This document shows positions 34,768 through 43,854 of a stretch of 64,000 bases of DNA, one piece after another (position 1 is the first letter of the stretch; the number at the start of each line of letters is the position of its first letter). Under the pieces are notes generated by a model, which worked only from the letters and a program-made list of their open reading frames with translations, ran no database searches and was not told the origin of the DNA. The stretch covers positions 2,624,001-2,688,000 of the forward strand of contig OZ218778.1 in NCBI GenBank assembly GCA_965112635.1, written 5' to 3'. The stretch is from an uncultured bacterium. GTDB lineage: Bacteria; Oederibacteriota; Oederibacteriia; Oederibacteriales; Oederibacteriaceae. The position numbers and the translations under genes are program-made.

Positions 34768-35808
34768 TTACTTGATGACAATGACCTTCTGGGTCTGGTT
34801 GATGTTATTGGCGATAACGTGGATTATATAAATACCGTTTGCGACAACACTGCTACCGTCATTCAAACCATTCCATTGGTCGGTATAAGTGCCAGCATCT
34901 CTGTTCTGATCGACGAGAACTTTGACCAACTGACCCAGACGGTTGTAGATGGCGATCCTCACATTGCCCGACTGCGCCAGTTGGGTGATGATCTTTACGG
35001 ACTCTCCGTTATTGGGATTAAAAACATTATGAGCCACGGCGACTTGATTGGCAGGTAACAGGGTCGGACTTGGAATTGGTGTAGACTCGTTCCCCAATAC
35101 TCCTGAGGCTTTGGTCGGATTGGTCTTGCCTGGCGCCATGCTTGCGTACTTGGGTCCAGCGCCGACATTCTGTCCGACAGGCTGGGTTCTGCTGGCAGGA
35201 ATTTGGGCCACTTCGTTGCTCGCCGCGGTGGACATCGCGCCGTTATTTGTCAAGGGTCCTGTCACATTTTTTTTCTCAGCAGGATAGTTCACCTTCAAGG
35301 CCAAAGAAGAAGAGAACTGCGTTCCTTTTCCTTTAAATTCAACGCTTTTTTCTTTAGTTAAAATTCCGCCCTTTACTTGTGTGCCTGCAACAACTCGAGT
35401 AGCCACAGTCGTATTGTTGTTCTTAGTCACACTGATATTATTTTCTTTTTGGTTCGGAACAGAAAGAAAAATGATCAAGCCGATGGCCGCGGCGCTTCCC
35501 ACCCATACCAAACGAGGGAACCAAGTCTGGCTAGGCCACCAGTTGAAGCGCTCCTGGCTGGCAACCCTTTTCTCCTCGAAACCGATCCGTCGGTGTATCG
35601 TCTCCAGCATTCCTGGTTGCGGACTGACTTGCGGAAAATTTTGCAGGGTGAAACTGATTTTTTGGGCGCCGATTATTTTCTGAAGGCATCCGGGACAGGA
35701 TTGGAAATGATCCTCAATCTTCCTCTGCTCTTTTTCCTGCAGAGCCCCGTCCACATAACATGAGATTTGTTTTTCACTAAGGTGCTTCATAACCTTTTTC
35801 TCCATCAA
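34768..35808 (-). CDS. Zinc-finger (zf-HC2) anti-sigma factor with TM helix and C-terminal FlgD-Ig/T9SS-CTD-like domain
   Basis: 346 aa; HLSEKQISCYVDGAL...IEDHFQSCPGC (HxxxCxxC), TM LVWVGSAAAIGLIIFLSV, and C-terminal HNVFNP...IAIYNRLGQLVKVLV...WNGLND...VANGIYII...KVIVIK. Overlaps the sigma gene stop by 4 nt. Confidence 0.85.
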   Translation of the reverse strand: MMEKKVMKHLSEKQISCYVDGALQEKEQRKIEDHFQSCPGCLQKIIGAQKISFTLQNFPQVSPQPGMLETIHRRIGFEEKRVASQERFNWWPSQTWFPRLVWVGSAAAIGLIIFLSVPNQKENNISVTKNNNTTVATRVVAGTQVKGGILTKEKSVEFKGKGTQFSSSLALKVNYPAEKKNVTGPLTNNGAMSTAASNEVAQIPASRTQPVGQNVGAGPKYASMAPGKTNPTKASGVLGNESTPIPSPTLLPANQVAVAHNVFNPNNGESVKIITQLAQSGNVRIAIYNRLGQLVKVLVDQNRDAGTYTDQWNGLNDGSSVVANGIYIIHVIANNINQTQKVIVIK

Positions 35809-36395
35809 AGGAACGATTTTAGGTTTTTCTGCAGGATGCCACGTCCCCTGGCGATCCTTGATTTCACTGTCCCTTCACTGATACGCAATATTTTCGCTAT
35901 CTCTTCGTATGACAGTCCATCTATCTCTCTGAGGACCAAGGCCATCCTTTTGTCCTCTTCTAAACCCATGAGAGCGCTCTGGATAGCCTGCATCAGCTCT
36001 CTTTTTTCCGCGTCTTGCTCTGAGTTCTCCTTGGCCGCCACCTCTTCGATAAAGGACTTTCCGTCCTCATTCACAGGATTTGAGGTGATGACCCTTTTCT
36101 GCAAAGCTCTCTGTTTGAACTTGTTCTTGACCAGATTGACCGCTATCCTGTAGAGCCAGGTGAATAAATTCGAGTCACCCCTAAAATTCTTTATAGACTG
36201 GTAACCATTTATAAAAACTTCCTGGCAGATATCTTGGCTTTCGTTCACATCACCAAAGAAATACAGGATCGAGTTAAAGATCCGCTGGTGATATTTGTTA
36301 AAGAGCTCGTCAAAAGCCTCTCTGTCCCCTTCTTTGCATCTTTGGATCAGTTTCCATTCAGCGGCGTCTTTATACACTTTTTTTTTGCCAAACAT
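35805..36395 (-). CDS. ECF RNA polymerase sigma-70 factor (RpoE/SigW-like)
   Basis: 196 aa; GDREAFDELFNKY, region 2 FRGDSNLFTWLYRIAVN, region 4 LREIDGLSYEEIAKILRISEGTVKSRIARGR. Confidence 0.95.
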   Translation of the reverse strand: MFGKKKVYKDAAEWKLIQRCKEGDREAFDELFNKYHQRIFNSILYFFGDVNESQDICQEVFINGYQSIKNFRGDSNLFTWLYRIAVNLVKNKFKQRALQKRVITSNPVNEDGKSFIEEVAAKENSEQDAEKRELMQAIQSALMGLEEDKRMALVLREIDGLSYEEIAKILRISEGTVKSRIARGRGILQKNLKSFL

Positions 36396-36422
36396 AAACC
36401 GTCCTAACGCTCTTCCGATTGA

Positions 36423-36450
36423 TTAGACAACTCACCCACTAAAAAGTTCC
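36423..36450 (-). promoter_or_regulatory. RpoE-type ECF promoter (probably autoregulatory)
   Basis: Minus strand GGAACTT-tttagtgggtgagtt-GTCTAA, matching the sigmaE consensus GGAACTT-N15-GTC(T/A)AA, 27 nt upstream of the sigma ATG. Confidence 0.75.
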
Positions 36451-36459
36451 CCCAAGCTT

Positions 36460-37578
36460 TTAATTTTTTCCAGAACCCGTTTTTTTACCTTCGTTCTGCT
36501 TGGGAAATACCATATTTTCAGTTGATATTAAAGGAATTGCATTGAGTATCCTTCTTGCATCTTCCCCTTGCACTAAATGTGGCTGTCCGTCCGCCAACAT
36601 CACAGGCAACAACTCATACTTCCTCATTCCGTTCTTAGCCAAGTCGATTTTGAGTATCACGCTGTCCCAGGTCTTTTCATTTTGGAGGTCAAAAACAAAG
36701 TTGCCCAGACTGTAAAAGATCCACCCTTTCTTATAATGCTCTATCCCCTGCAGAATATGAGGATGCTGACCCAAAATAATATCAGCCCCCGCATCGATAG
36801 CGGCATGACCGATCTTAACTTGATAGCTGGTCGGAGCCTCTTGGTATTCTTGTCCCCAATGGAATGATACAACAACCAGGTCGCTTTTGCTTTTAGCCTC
36901 CCTGACCCCCTCTCTGACGTCTGGGAGATACGAAGGGGCCACAAAAACTTCGTTATCCTTGCTATAAAACTCCTCTGGCGAAACAGCCGAAAAGCCCAAA
37001 AAAGCTATCTTAATCCCATGGATAGTTAAGATCACAGGAGATTGTATCCTCTGGGTTTTCGGGAACACACCTATAGTGTTGATCTGGAGTTGAGCCAACA
37101 GATCCATGGACTGGATCAAACAAGGGCTCCGAAAATCAAGGCTATGGTTGTTGGCAAGGGAAAGGAGGTTAAAACCCGCATTCTTTAGCGAAGAGGCTGT
37201 TTCCACCGGGGACCGAAATATTACTTCCTTAGTTTTGCTTATTGGTTTTCCAGTATCACAAATTGGAGACTCCAAATTTCCAAAAACAACATCCCCCTGT
37301 TTCAAAATGTCCCGCACCTTGTCGAATGGGTAGTCCATCCCCTTAACTTTCATGGCATCATAGACGCGCCTAGCTAGACTTATATCACCCACAGCCATGA
37401 GAGTAACGCCCGCCTCTTCAGAGATTTGTGGATTACTCGCTGCAATGGGCGTTGGTTGAACTTGCGCATTAGGTTTAATTTTTTCTGGACAACCCATGAG
37501 GATCAATGCCGCAAGGGTCACCACTACTGTTCTTCTCAATATTCCCGCCTTACAAGTCAGACTCACCCTCAGCTTCAC
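36460..37578 (-). CDS. CapA/PGA_cap family metallophosphoesterase-like lipoprotein
   Basis: 372 aa; lipobox-like LILMGC; motifs AVGDI, GNLESP, LANNHSLD, SFHWGQEY, GQHPHILQGIE, YSLGNFVFD. Confidence 0.88.
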   Translation of the reverse strand: MKLRVSLTCKAGILRRTVVVTLAALILMGCPEKIKPNAQVQPTPIAASNPQISEEAGVTLMAVGDISLARRVYDAMKVKGMDYPFDKVRDILKQGDVVFGNLESPICDTGKPISKTKEVIFRSPVETASSLKNAGFNLLSLANNHSLDFRSPCLIQSMDLLAQLQINTIGVFPKTQRIQSPVILTIHGIKIAFLGFSAVSPEEFYSKDNEVFVAPSYLPDVREGVREAKSKSDLVVVSFHWGQEYQEAPTSYQVKIGHAAIDAGADIILGQHPHILQGIEHYKKGWIFYSLGNFVFDLQNEKTWDSVILKIDLAKNGMRKYELLPVMLADGQPHLVQGEDARRILNAIPLISTENMVFPKQNEGKKTGSGKN

Positions 37579-37636
37579 TCACTTAGCGGCAAAGACGCAA
37601 GCCTAAGGTAACCGGCTATCTAATCAAACCAGCACA

Positions 37637-37673
37637 ATAAAGCCGATGGCCAACATAAAACCATCGGCTTTAT
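37637..37673 (-). terminator. Hairpin / probable intrinsic terminator downstream of asmA
   Basis: Perfect 13-bp inverted repeat ATAAAGCCGATGG-N11-CCATCGGCTTTAT, 34 nt after the asmA stop. Confidence 0.6.
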
Positions 37674-37707
37674 ATCATACTGCTATATTGACCTCGGACA
37701 GTATGGA

Positions 37708-40074
37708 TTAATGGAACAACCCTTTAAGAAGATCTTTGGCCTTATCCTGCACTTGTTGCTGGACCTGGCTCTGAACCTTGTTCTTTTCTTCATCGACCTT
37801 TTGCTGCACTTGCTGCTTCACCTCATCGACCTTTTTATTAACCGCCTTTTTTACGGCCTTCTCGAGCTCAACGGTGACTTGGGGGTTGGTCAAAGGGCCT
37901 TTCAAACTCAAATCAACCTCTGCCCATCCTTTCTCATCTTTAAACGCGCTCAAGGAATCAGGGATGCTGACCAATTGGGGATTCAAACGAGTGTTCATGA
38001 CACCATCTGCGTTCTTATCAAAATCAACGTGGCCATCAAACTTTAGCTTGAGCATATTGCTGTCGCCTTCTCCCATGACCAAATTGTGTGTGGTGACCAG
38101 TTGGTTCTTAATGTCAAAGTCTCCCCTTACGACATCAAGGTCCAGGTCCTTCTTAAGCGCGGCGATATTAAGAGTGTCTGCGGCATTCTCCAGGGCTTTA
38201 AGGTGGGAGATCTTGACCTTGGTTATATCTACGTGGCAATTGCCCTTGAGTTTCTCCCTGGCCATCTTAGGTTGTAATCCCTGGCCTGCGACATTGATCT
38301 GGGTATTGACAATCCCAGCGACCATATCCTTGGCTGGGGAGTTCGCGGGATCGTTCCCAAAAAAGAATTTCAGAACATTCGAAGTCAACGAGCTTGACTT
38401 GAACCTTCTTTCCAGGAACGCAGCTAAAATCCGTAACGATCCATTGGAAGACTTATCCAAGTGGAAATCCTTGACCTTAGCTGCGACCGTATAGGTGGGA
38501 TTGGATGTCTTAAAAGATGCCTTTGCAGTCTCATTGACACCACCGTCAAAGATATTAACAAAAAAACTTTGGTCTAAATTTTGCTTGACCAGGTCCGCCT
38601 TGACGGCCAGCTTGGAAAGTTCCAGGTCTTTAAGTGTCACCTTATCAACATTAATTTTTGATTGTACGCTTAGATAAGGCGGTATTTTCTTGCTGAGATC
38701 AGGCACAGCAACCGAAGCCCCTGATGCAGCGCTAGAAGAGTCTGCTTTGGTCGCGTCATAGGGGAGAGCTAAATAAGCATCAAAAAATTTATCCAGATTG
38801 ATCTGCTTACCGGACAACTGCATAGCAACTTTGGCTTTTAATTTTTTCATGCTCTTTAAATCTGACAGGACATAGTTGGAAACTTTAAGGTCCAAATTAA
38901 GCGGTGAATCTCCAACCAAAAAAGTAATTCCCTTGGAAGATACCGCTTTTTCGGTCAGATGAATGGTCCCTTCCAAATCATCAAAAGCAGTAAACCCGGA
39001 ATATTTGACCCCAATTTTTCCAAAGGTTAAATCTCCATTAATCTTCAATTTATCCAAATCCTCGGGGTTGCCTTTCACGCTAGCTTTAAAATCCAGGGAT
39101 CCGGACAATGAAAGCGCTGCAGGAAAATCCACCAGGGAGGGCGGAATAAGATCTGCTGCCAAGGTCTTTAATACCACATCCAACGAAGCATCCACATCCA
39201 GCGTGGGCTTGGTCAGGAATGAACTGACTGACCCACTGACGGAAATGGAAACCGAAGGAGCTTTCACAACAATATTTTCAATTTTTGCTTTTTGTTCGTT
39301 ATAGAACACGGAGGCGGCCCCCTCCACGGTTAGAGGAATGACCTTCTTGTTCAAGACAATCTGCGTCGCAAGAGAGATTTGCATGGGCTTCTTAGAATTT
39401 AAAGAGATGGGCCCAACAGTTAGATTGAAATTGTTGACTTGGGTCCGTAACGGCGTGGCTAAATAATCATCGTTATAAGTGATCTGTCCATTCTTGATGC
39501 TGAGCTCCGAGATCACAATATCCACAGGGATTTTCGTTGGAGCAGAGGACTTGGAGGACACCTTAGAAGCTTTGGCTTTTGACTTACTAGATGACTTACC
39601 GGAAGTCAAGTCGGTGAAGTTGAATATTCCCCTCCTGTTCCTTTCAACCAAAATCTGCGGGTCGACAAGTTGGATTTTTTTGATCACTGCTTTGCCCACA
39701 AAAAGCGGCAAGACATAAAATTTCACAATAAGTTTGTCATCAGCAACAAAAGGTTTATTGGTAAACCCTTTCGCATTACTGATGGAAATCTTGCTCACTT
39801 CTATGGCTATCCCATTGAAAGGATTGAAGAAAATTTTCCCAATGCTAACCTTCCGATTAAGCGTTTTACTGAGCTCCGTCGTCGCCTTATCTTTGACTTT
39901 ATTCCAGGGAATAAAAAGCGACGCTGCCGCAGCGGCCACAATAAAAAATACTACGACCAAAGCGCACCAGAAAATGATCCTCCTGATCAAGCTCTTCTTC
40001 TTGGGAGCACTGCCCCCCGCAACATTTTTCTCCGCAACCTGATTTTCTTTTTTAGCCATTTCCCTCTCCTTCAT
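37708..40074 (-). CDS. AsmA family protein
   Basis: 788 aa; N-terminal TM, TLNRKVSIGKI, LVDPQILVERNRRGIFNFTDL, beta-rich body, C-terminal LSLKGPLTNPQV followed by a helical tail (...KAKDLLKGLF). Confidence 0.8.
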   Translation of the reverse strand: MKEREMAKKENQVAEKNVAGGSAPKKKSLIRRIIFWCALVVVFFIVAAAAASLFIPWNKVKDKATTELSKTLNRKVSIGKIFFNPFNGIAIEVSKISISNAKGFTNKPFVADDKLIVKFYVLPLFVGKAVIKKIQLVDPQILVERNRRGIFNFTDLTSGKSSSKSKAKASKVSSKSSAPTKIPVDIVISELSIKNGQITYNDDYLATPLRTQVNNFNLTVGPISLNSKKPMQISLATQIVLNKKVIPLTVEGAASVFYNEQKAKIENIVVKAPSVSISVSGSVSSFLTKPTLDVDASLDVVLKTLAADLIPPSLVDFPAALSLSGSLDFKASVKGNPEDLDKLKINGDLTFGKIGVKYSGFTAFDDLEGTIHLTEKAVSSKGITFLVGDSPLNLDLKVSNYVLSDLKSMKKLKAKVAMQLSGKQINLDKFFDAYLALPYDATKADSSSAASGASVAVPDLSKKIPPYLSVQSKINVDKVTLKDLELSKLAVKADLVKQNLDQSFFVNIFDGGVNETAKASFKTSNPTYTVAAKVKDFHLDKSSNGSLRILAAFLERRFKSSSLTSNVLKFFFGNDPANSPAKDMVAGIVNTQINVAGQGLQPKMAREKLKGNCHVDITKVKISHLKALENAADTLNIAALKKDLDLDVVRGDFDIKNQLVTTHNLVMGEGDSNMLKLKFDGHVDFDKNADGVMNTRLNPQLVSIPDSLSAFKDEKGWAEVDLSLKGPLTNPQVTVELEKAVKKAVNKKVDEVKQQVQQKVDEEKNKVQSQVQQQVQDKAKDLLKGLFH

Positions 40075-40189
40075 TTTAAATTTAGCGTTTTTATAGCATC
40101 ATCATGTTGTTTTGAAAGTCCCAGAAACTACGAAAAACCATTAGAGCAACAAGAAGCAGACAACCTGATAAAAAAGGATGGCTGTAAAC

Positions 40190-41239
40190 TCATTTCTTTG
40201 GATGACCTTTATCCTCAGGTGTCTTGGCTGAAGAGGCTTTAGGGATAAGGCTGAGATGCTCCTTGATTTTCCGCTCGATTTCAGCGCCAACTTGAGGATT
40301 CTCTTTGAGATATGTCTTAGCACTATCCCTGCCCTGGCCTAACCTTACATTGTTGTAGGTAAACCAAGTGCCGCTCTTTTCCACGATATTGTAGTTAACA
40401 GCCGTATCAATCAGAGAACCATTCTTAGAAATGCCTTCACCATAAATGATTTCAAACTCGGCTTCACGGAAAGGGGGCGCCACCTTGTTTTTAACGACTT
40501 TGACCTTAACCCTGTTACCAACCACAGTGGTCCCCTCTTTAATGGCTTCGATGCGACGGATATCCAGCCTCATGGAGGCATAAAACTTTAAAGCCCTGCC
40601 TCCTGGCGTGGTCTCCGGATTACCGAACATAATGCCCAATTTCTCTCTTATTTGGTTCAAAAAAATGCAGCAGGTATTGGTTTTTCCTATAACAGCGGTC
40701 AATTTTCTCAAAGCCTGGGACATTAATCTGGCCTGTAAGGCCATATGGGCATCACCCATATCTCCCTCTATCTCGGCCTTGGGTACCAAAGCAGCCACCG
40801 AATCAACTACCACGACATCCACCGCCCCACTGCGCACCAGCGTTTCTACAATCTCTAACGCTTGTTCCCCATTATCAGGTTGCGAAAGGACCAGCTTATC
40901 AACATCTACGCCGAGATTTTTGGCATACTGGGGATCAAGAGCGTGCTCGGCATCGATAAAAGCGGCTGTGCCGCCGGCTTTTTGGGCTTCAGCGATGATG
41001 TGAAGGCTCAGCGTGGTCTTACCCGATGAGTCAGGCCCAAAGATCTCGATACAACGGCCCCGCGGCACCCCACCCACCCCCGTGGCAATATCCAAAGCAA
41101 TGGTTCCAGTTGAGATGGCTTTGACATCAAATGCAGGAGCCTCACCCAAAAGCATGATGGCCCCTTTGCCGTACTGTTTTTCTATTTGGGATATGGCTAA
41201 ATCTAATGCTTTTAATTTTTCGCTGTTCTTCTCCACCAA
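40190..41239 (-). CDS. recA: Recombinase RecA
   Basis: [61 protein letters not shown]. Confidence 0.99.
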   Translation of the reverse strand: MVEKNSEKLKALDLAISQIEKQYGKGAIMLLGEAPAFDVKAISTGTIALDIATGVGGVPRGRCIEIFGPDSSGKTTLSLHIIAEAQKAGGTAAFIDAEHALDPQYAKNLGVDVDKLVLSQPDNGEQALEIVETLVRSGAVDVVVVDSVAALVPKAEIEGDMGDAHMALQARLMSQALRKLTAVIGKTNTCCIFLNQIREKLGIMFGNPETTPGGRALKFYASMRLDIRRIEAIKEGTTVVGNRVKVKVVKNKVAPPFREAEFEIIYGEGISKNGSLIDTAVNYNIVEKSGTWFTYNNVRLGQGRDSAKTYLKENPQVGAEIERKIKEHLSLIPKASSAKTPEDKGHPKK

Positions 41240-41424
41240 TGGACACCTCCATATTTTCTTTTGAAATCAATACTTCACTATACCATAAAAGGGTTACCAA
41301 AGCCCTCCAACCCAAAACGGTCAAACCAGTATTAACTGCAAAAAATACAACATTTTTTTTAGTTGTGTTATATCATATTAGAAATCTTTGACCTACTTTG
41401 CATTTTTCCTAATTAGGAGGTTCG

Positions 41425-43233
41425 ATGTTCAACAAAAGAGGCCTGGGATCACTTGGGTCAGTTCGAGATCATTCAAAGAAAGGCACCCCTATTGTTGGGT
41501 GGATAATCTTAGGTGTATTCCTCTTATGTGTCATCTGGCTTGCAGCATCAGGAAAATTGATCCTCAACTGGAACTTATATCTCGCCAAATCCTGCACCCT
41601 TGAAGGTCAATACAGCCGAGCCTTGGCCATATTGTCAAAATTGGAAAGCTCTAATTATCATGACCCCCGCATCACCGATGCCACGGGGTTGGTCTATTTG
41701 TACCAGGGCCTGTTCGACCAAGCACAGGAAAAATACGCGGCAGCGACCCGCGAGGGTCTGCGTCCCAGCCGGTTGTTCAATCACCTTTCTTTCGGAAGCA
41801 ACTTCATCGCTATCGGCCGCTACCAGGAGGCCTTAGTTGAATTCAAGCACGCGGTTGAAATTATGCCCAACCACTATAAAGCGCATCGCGGCCTTGCCGA
41901 AGCATACCATGCCCTTTGTGAACTAGAAGCCGCTATTCCCGAATACCAGCAGGCCCTGGCCTTGAACCCCAATGACAACGAATCTCAAAAAGAACTGGAC
42001 AGGGCCCGGCAAGACCGGGATAAAGGTTCTGTGGCCTACATGTTCGACCGTCTTGACCAGCCTTTGGCCAGACGCCAGGTCAGCGAATCAACCGAACCAA
42101 AATCAAATTATCCGTTTTCTCAATATACGGCCCATTTGGTAGGTTATGTAAGTTCCCGCCATGGTTCGGCTGGATTGGAAAAAGTTCTCGCCCAATATTT
42201 CCCTGGCAATAAAGTTACCCTGACCATCGATGCCTCTTTGCAAAGGGCTTGTAGCAAGATCCTGGGGTGGAACAAAGGGGCCATCGTGGCGCTAGACCCA
42301 AAAACCGGGGAAATTATCGTCGCCCTCAGCCAGCCTTTGTTCAACCCTTCACGCATTGATACCGAAGACTGGTATAACAACAGCGACAACCCCAATAAAC
42401 CCTTTAAAAACAGGGCTTTTGAAGAGCTTTATATGCCGGGCTCCATAGCGAAAATCATCACCACAGCGGCGGTTTTAGAAAAAAAGTTAGACCTTTCAAC
42501 GGTCTTCCCGCTGCACTGCAAAGGTTCACTGATCATAGATGGAACGCCTTTTTTGGACTGGAAAAAACACGGAAGGATCAAAAGTCTGGAGGAGGCCTTT
42601 GACAACTCCTGCAACGTAAGTTACGCCAAATTAGGCCGATTGCTAGGCGCCGACGCTCTTTTTGAATACACCAATAAATTCGGCATTCAAAAAGTGCCGC
42701 CGATAGAGCTTCCTGTTCTCGCGGGCAAGACCGCCTATACGGACACTTCTCTTCAAGTAGCCGAATGGGCCAACGGGGTCGGTAAATATTGGATCACGCC
42801 TTTACACGCCGCCATGTTGGCTGCCGCTATTGCTAACGATGGCGTGGTCATGAAACCTTACCTGATCAAAGAAATTAAAAGTTTCCATGAAGATCCCATC
42901 AAAACCAACCATCCCGCCCCCTGGTTTACCGCGATATCCAAAGAAACGGCAAGAAAGATTTCCCAGATGATGCTGGAAGACACGGTCAAGGGAATAGGAA
43001 AAAAAGCATCAGTGATAGGCATTTCCGTAGCTGGAAAAACAGGGACGACCGGAAGCGTCAGTAAAGGAGGTTTGAACGGCTGGTTTATTTGCTTCGCTCC
43101 TGTTGAAAAACCAAAGATTGCTTTAGCCGTTTATATAGAAAATGGCGGAACCGGAATGGATGTCGCGGCACCCATCGCGGGAAAAGTGTTATCAGCATTC
43201 TTCACGGAAAATGAACACAAAGGCGACGAATAG
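41425..43233 (+). CDS. Penicillin-binding transpeptidase (PbpA/class-B-like) with N-terminal TM and TPR repeats
   Basis: 602 aa; AGGAGG RBS, one TM, TPRs (AHRGLAEAYHALCELEAAIPEYQQALALNPND), GAIVALDPKTGEI, and catalytic motifs PGSIAK (SxxK), SCN (SxN), AGKTGT (KTG). Confidence 0.88.
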   Translation: MFNKRGLGSLGSVRDHSKKGTPIVGWIILGVFLLCVIWLAASGKLILNWNLYLAKSCTLEGQYSRALAILSKLESSNYHDPRITDATGLVYLYQGLFDQAQEKYAAATREGLRPSRLFNHLSFGSNFIAIGRYQEALVEFKHAVEIMPNHYKAHRGLAEAYHALCELEAAIPEYQQALALNPNDNESQKELDRARQDRDKGSVAYMFDRLDQPLARRQVSESTEPKSNYPFSQYTAHLVGYVSSRHGSAGLEKVLAQYFPGNKVTLTIDASLQRACSKILGWNKGAIVALDPKTGEIIVALSQPLFNPSRIDTEDWYNNSDNPNKPFKNRAFEELYMPGSIAKIITTAAVLEKKLDLSTVFPLHCKGSLIIDGTPFLDWKKHGRIKSLEEAFDNSCNVSYAKLGRLLGADALFEYTNKFGIQKVPPIELPVLAGKTAYTDTSLQVAEWANGVGKYWITPLHAAMLAAAIANDGVVMKPYLIKEIKSFHEDPIKTNHPAPWFTAISKETARKISQMMLEDTVKGIGKKASVIGISVAGKTGTTGSVSKGGLNGWFICFAPVEKPKIALAVYIENGGTGMDVAAPIAGKVLSAFFTENEHKGDE

Positions 43234-43236
43234 CAT

Positions 43237-43812
43237 TCAACCTTTGAATGCTTGGCTCAATAAGGTGGAATAGACAGCGCCTGTTGGAGTTAAAATACTT
43301 TTCATCAGGTTGACCCCTGTAACTTCTTGCTGACCAAAAGAACAATCGGCTTTTTGTTCCACTAGTTTGACTGCTATTGGGATCAGGGTTGGTTTCAATC
43401 CCTCATTGCCCCTTACTCTGGCAATCGTGAGATGGGGCACAAACTTCCTGCTCTCTCTTGCAATTCCAACCAATTCAAACGATTTCTCGAACTCTTCAGC
43501 CAAATTCTCCAGCCTATTTTCTAATTCTCTGACTCCAACCCATATAACTTTTGGTTTTTTCCAGTTAGGGAAAACCCCTGCTCCCAGCACCTCAATCTTG
43601 AATGGGCGATCAAGCTGACCCGCGTTCTTGATTACATTCACAACAGCCTCATAATTTTCATCCTGGACCTCACCTAAAAACTTTAATGTTAAATGCATTG
43701 CCTCTTCTTTAACAAAAGAAAGCCCTCTCAAGTCCGGTCTTAATTCTTTCTGAAATGCCATGATTTTTTCTTTGATGTCTTGATTTATTGCAAGAGAAAC
43801 AAATAATCTCAT
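43237..43812 (-). CDS. thpR: RNA 2',3'-cyclic phosphodiesterase (2H phosphoesterase)
   Basis: MRLFVSL, two HxT motifs (HLTLKFLG, PHLTIAR), SILTPTGAVY; in the cinA-recA neighbourhood. Confidence 0.92.
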   Translation of the reverse strand: MRLFVSLAINQDIKEKIMAFQKELRPDLRGLSFVKEEAMHLTLKFLGEVQDENYEAVVNVIKNAGQLDRPFKIEVLGAGVFPNWKKPKVIWVGVRELENRLENLAEEFEKSFELVGIARESRKFVPHLTIARVRGNEGLKPTLIPIAVKLVEQKADCSFGQQEVTGVNLMKSILTPTGAVYSTLLSQAFKG

Positions 43813-43854
43813 CGAGGACTCCAGACTCCATGGAGAATTTTACTAATAATTTAA

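Noticed and set aside
1-36450. Prophage, ICE or other mobile element explaining the accessory locus
   Set aside because: No integrase, transposase, phage genes, tRNA or att-like direct repeats are visible.
36460-37578. Poly-gamma-glutamate capsule locus
   Set aside because: Only a lone CapA-family gene, with no capB/capC; stand-alone CapA-domain proteins are widespread.
41240-41424. LexA/SOS box upstream of recA
   Set aside because: No clear match to CTGT-N8-ACAG or GAAC-N4-GTTC; only an imperfect CAGT-ATTA-ACTG palindrome.
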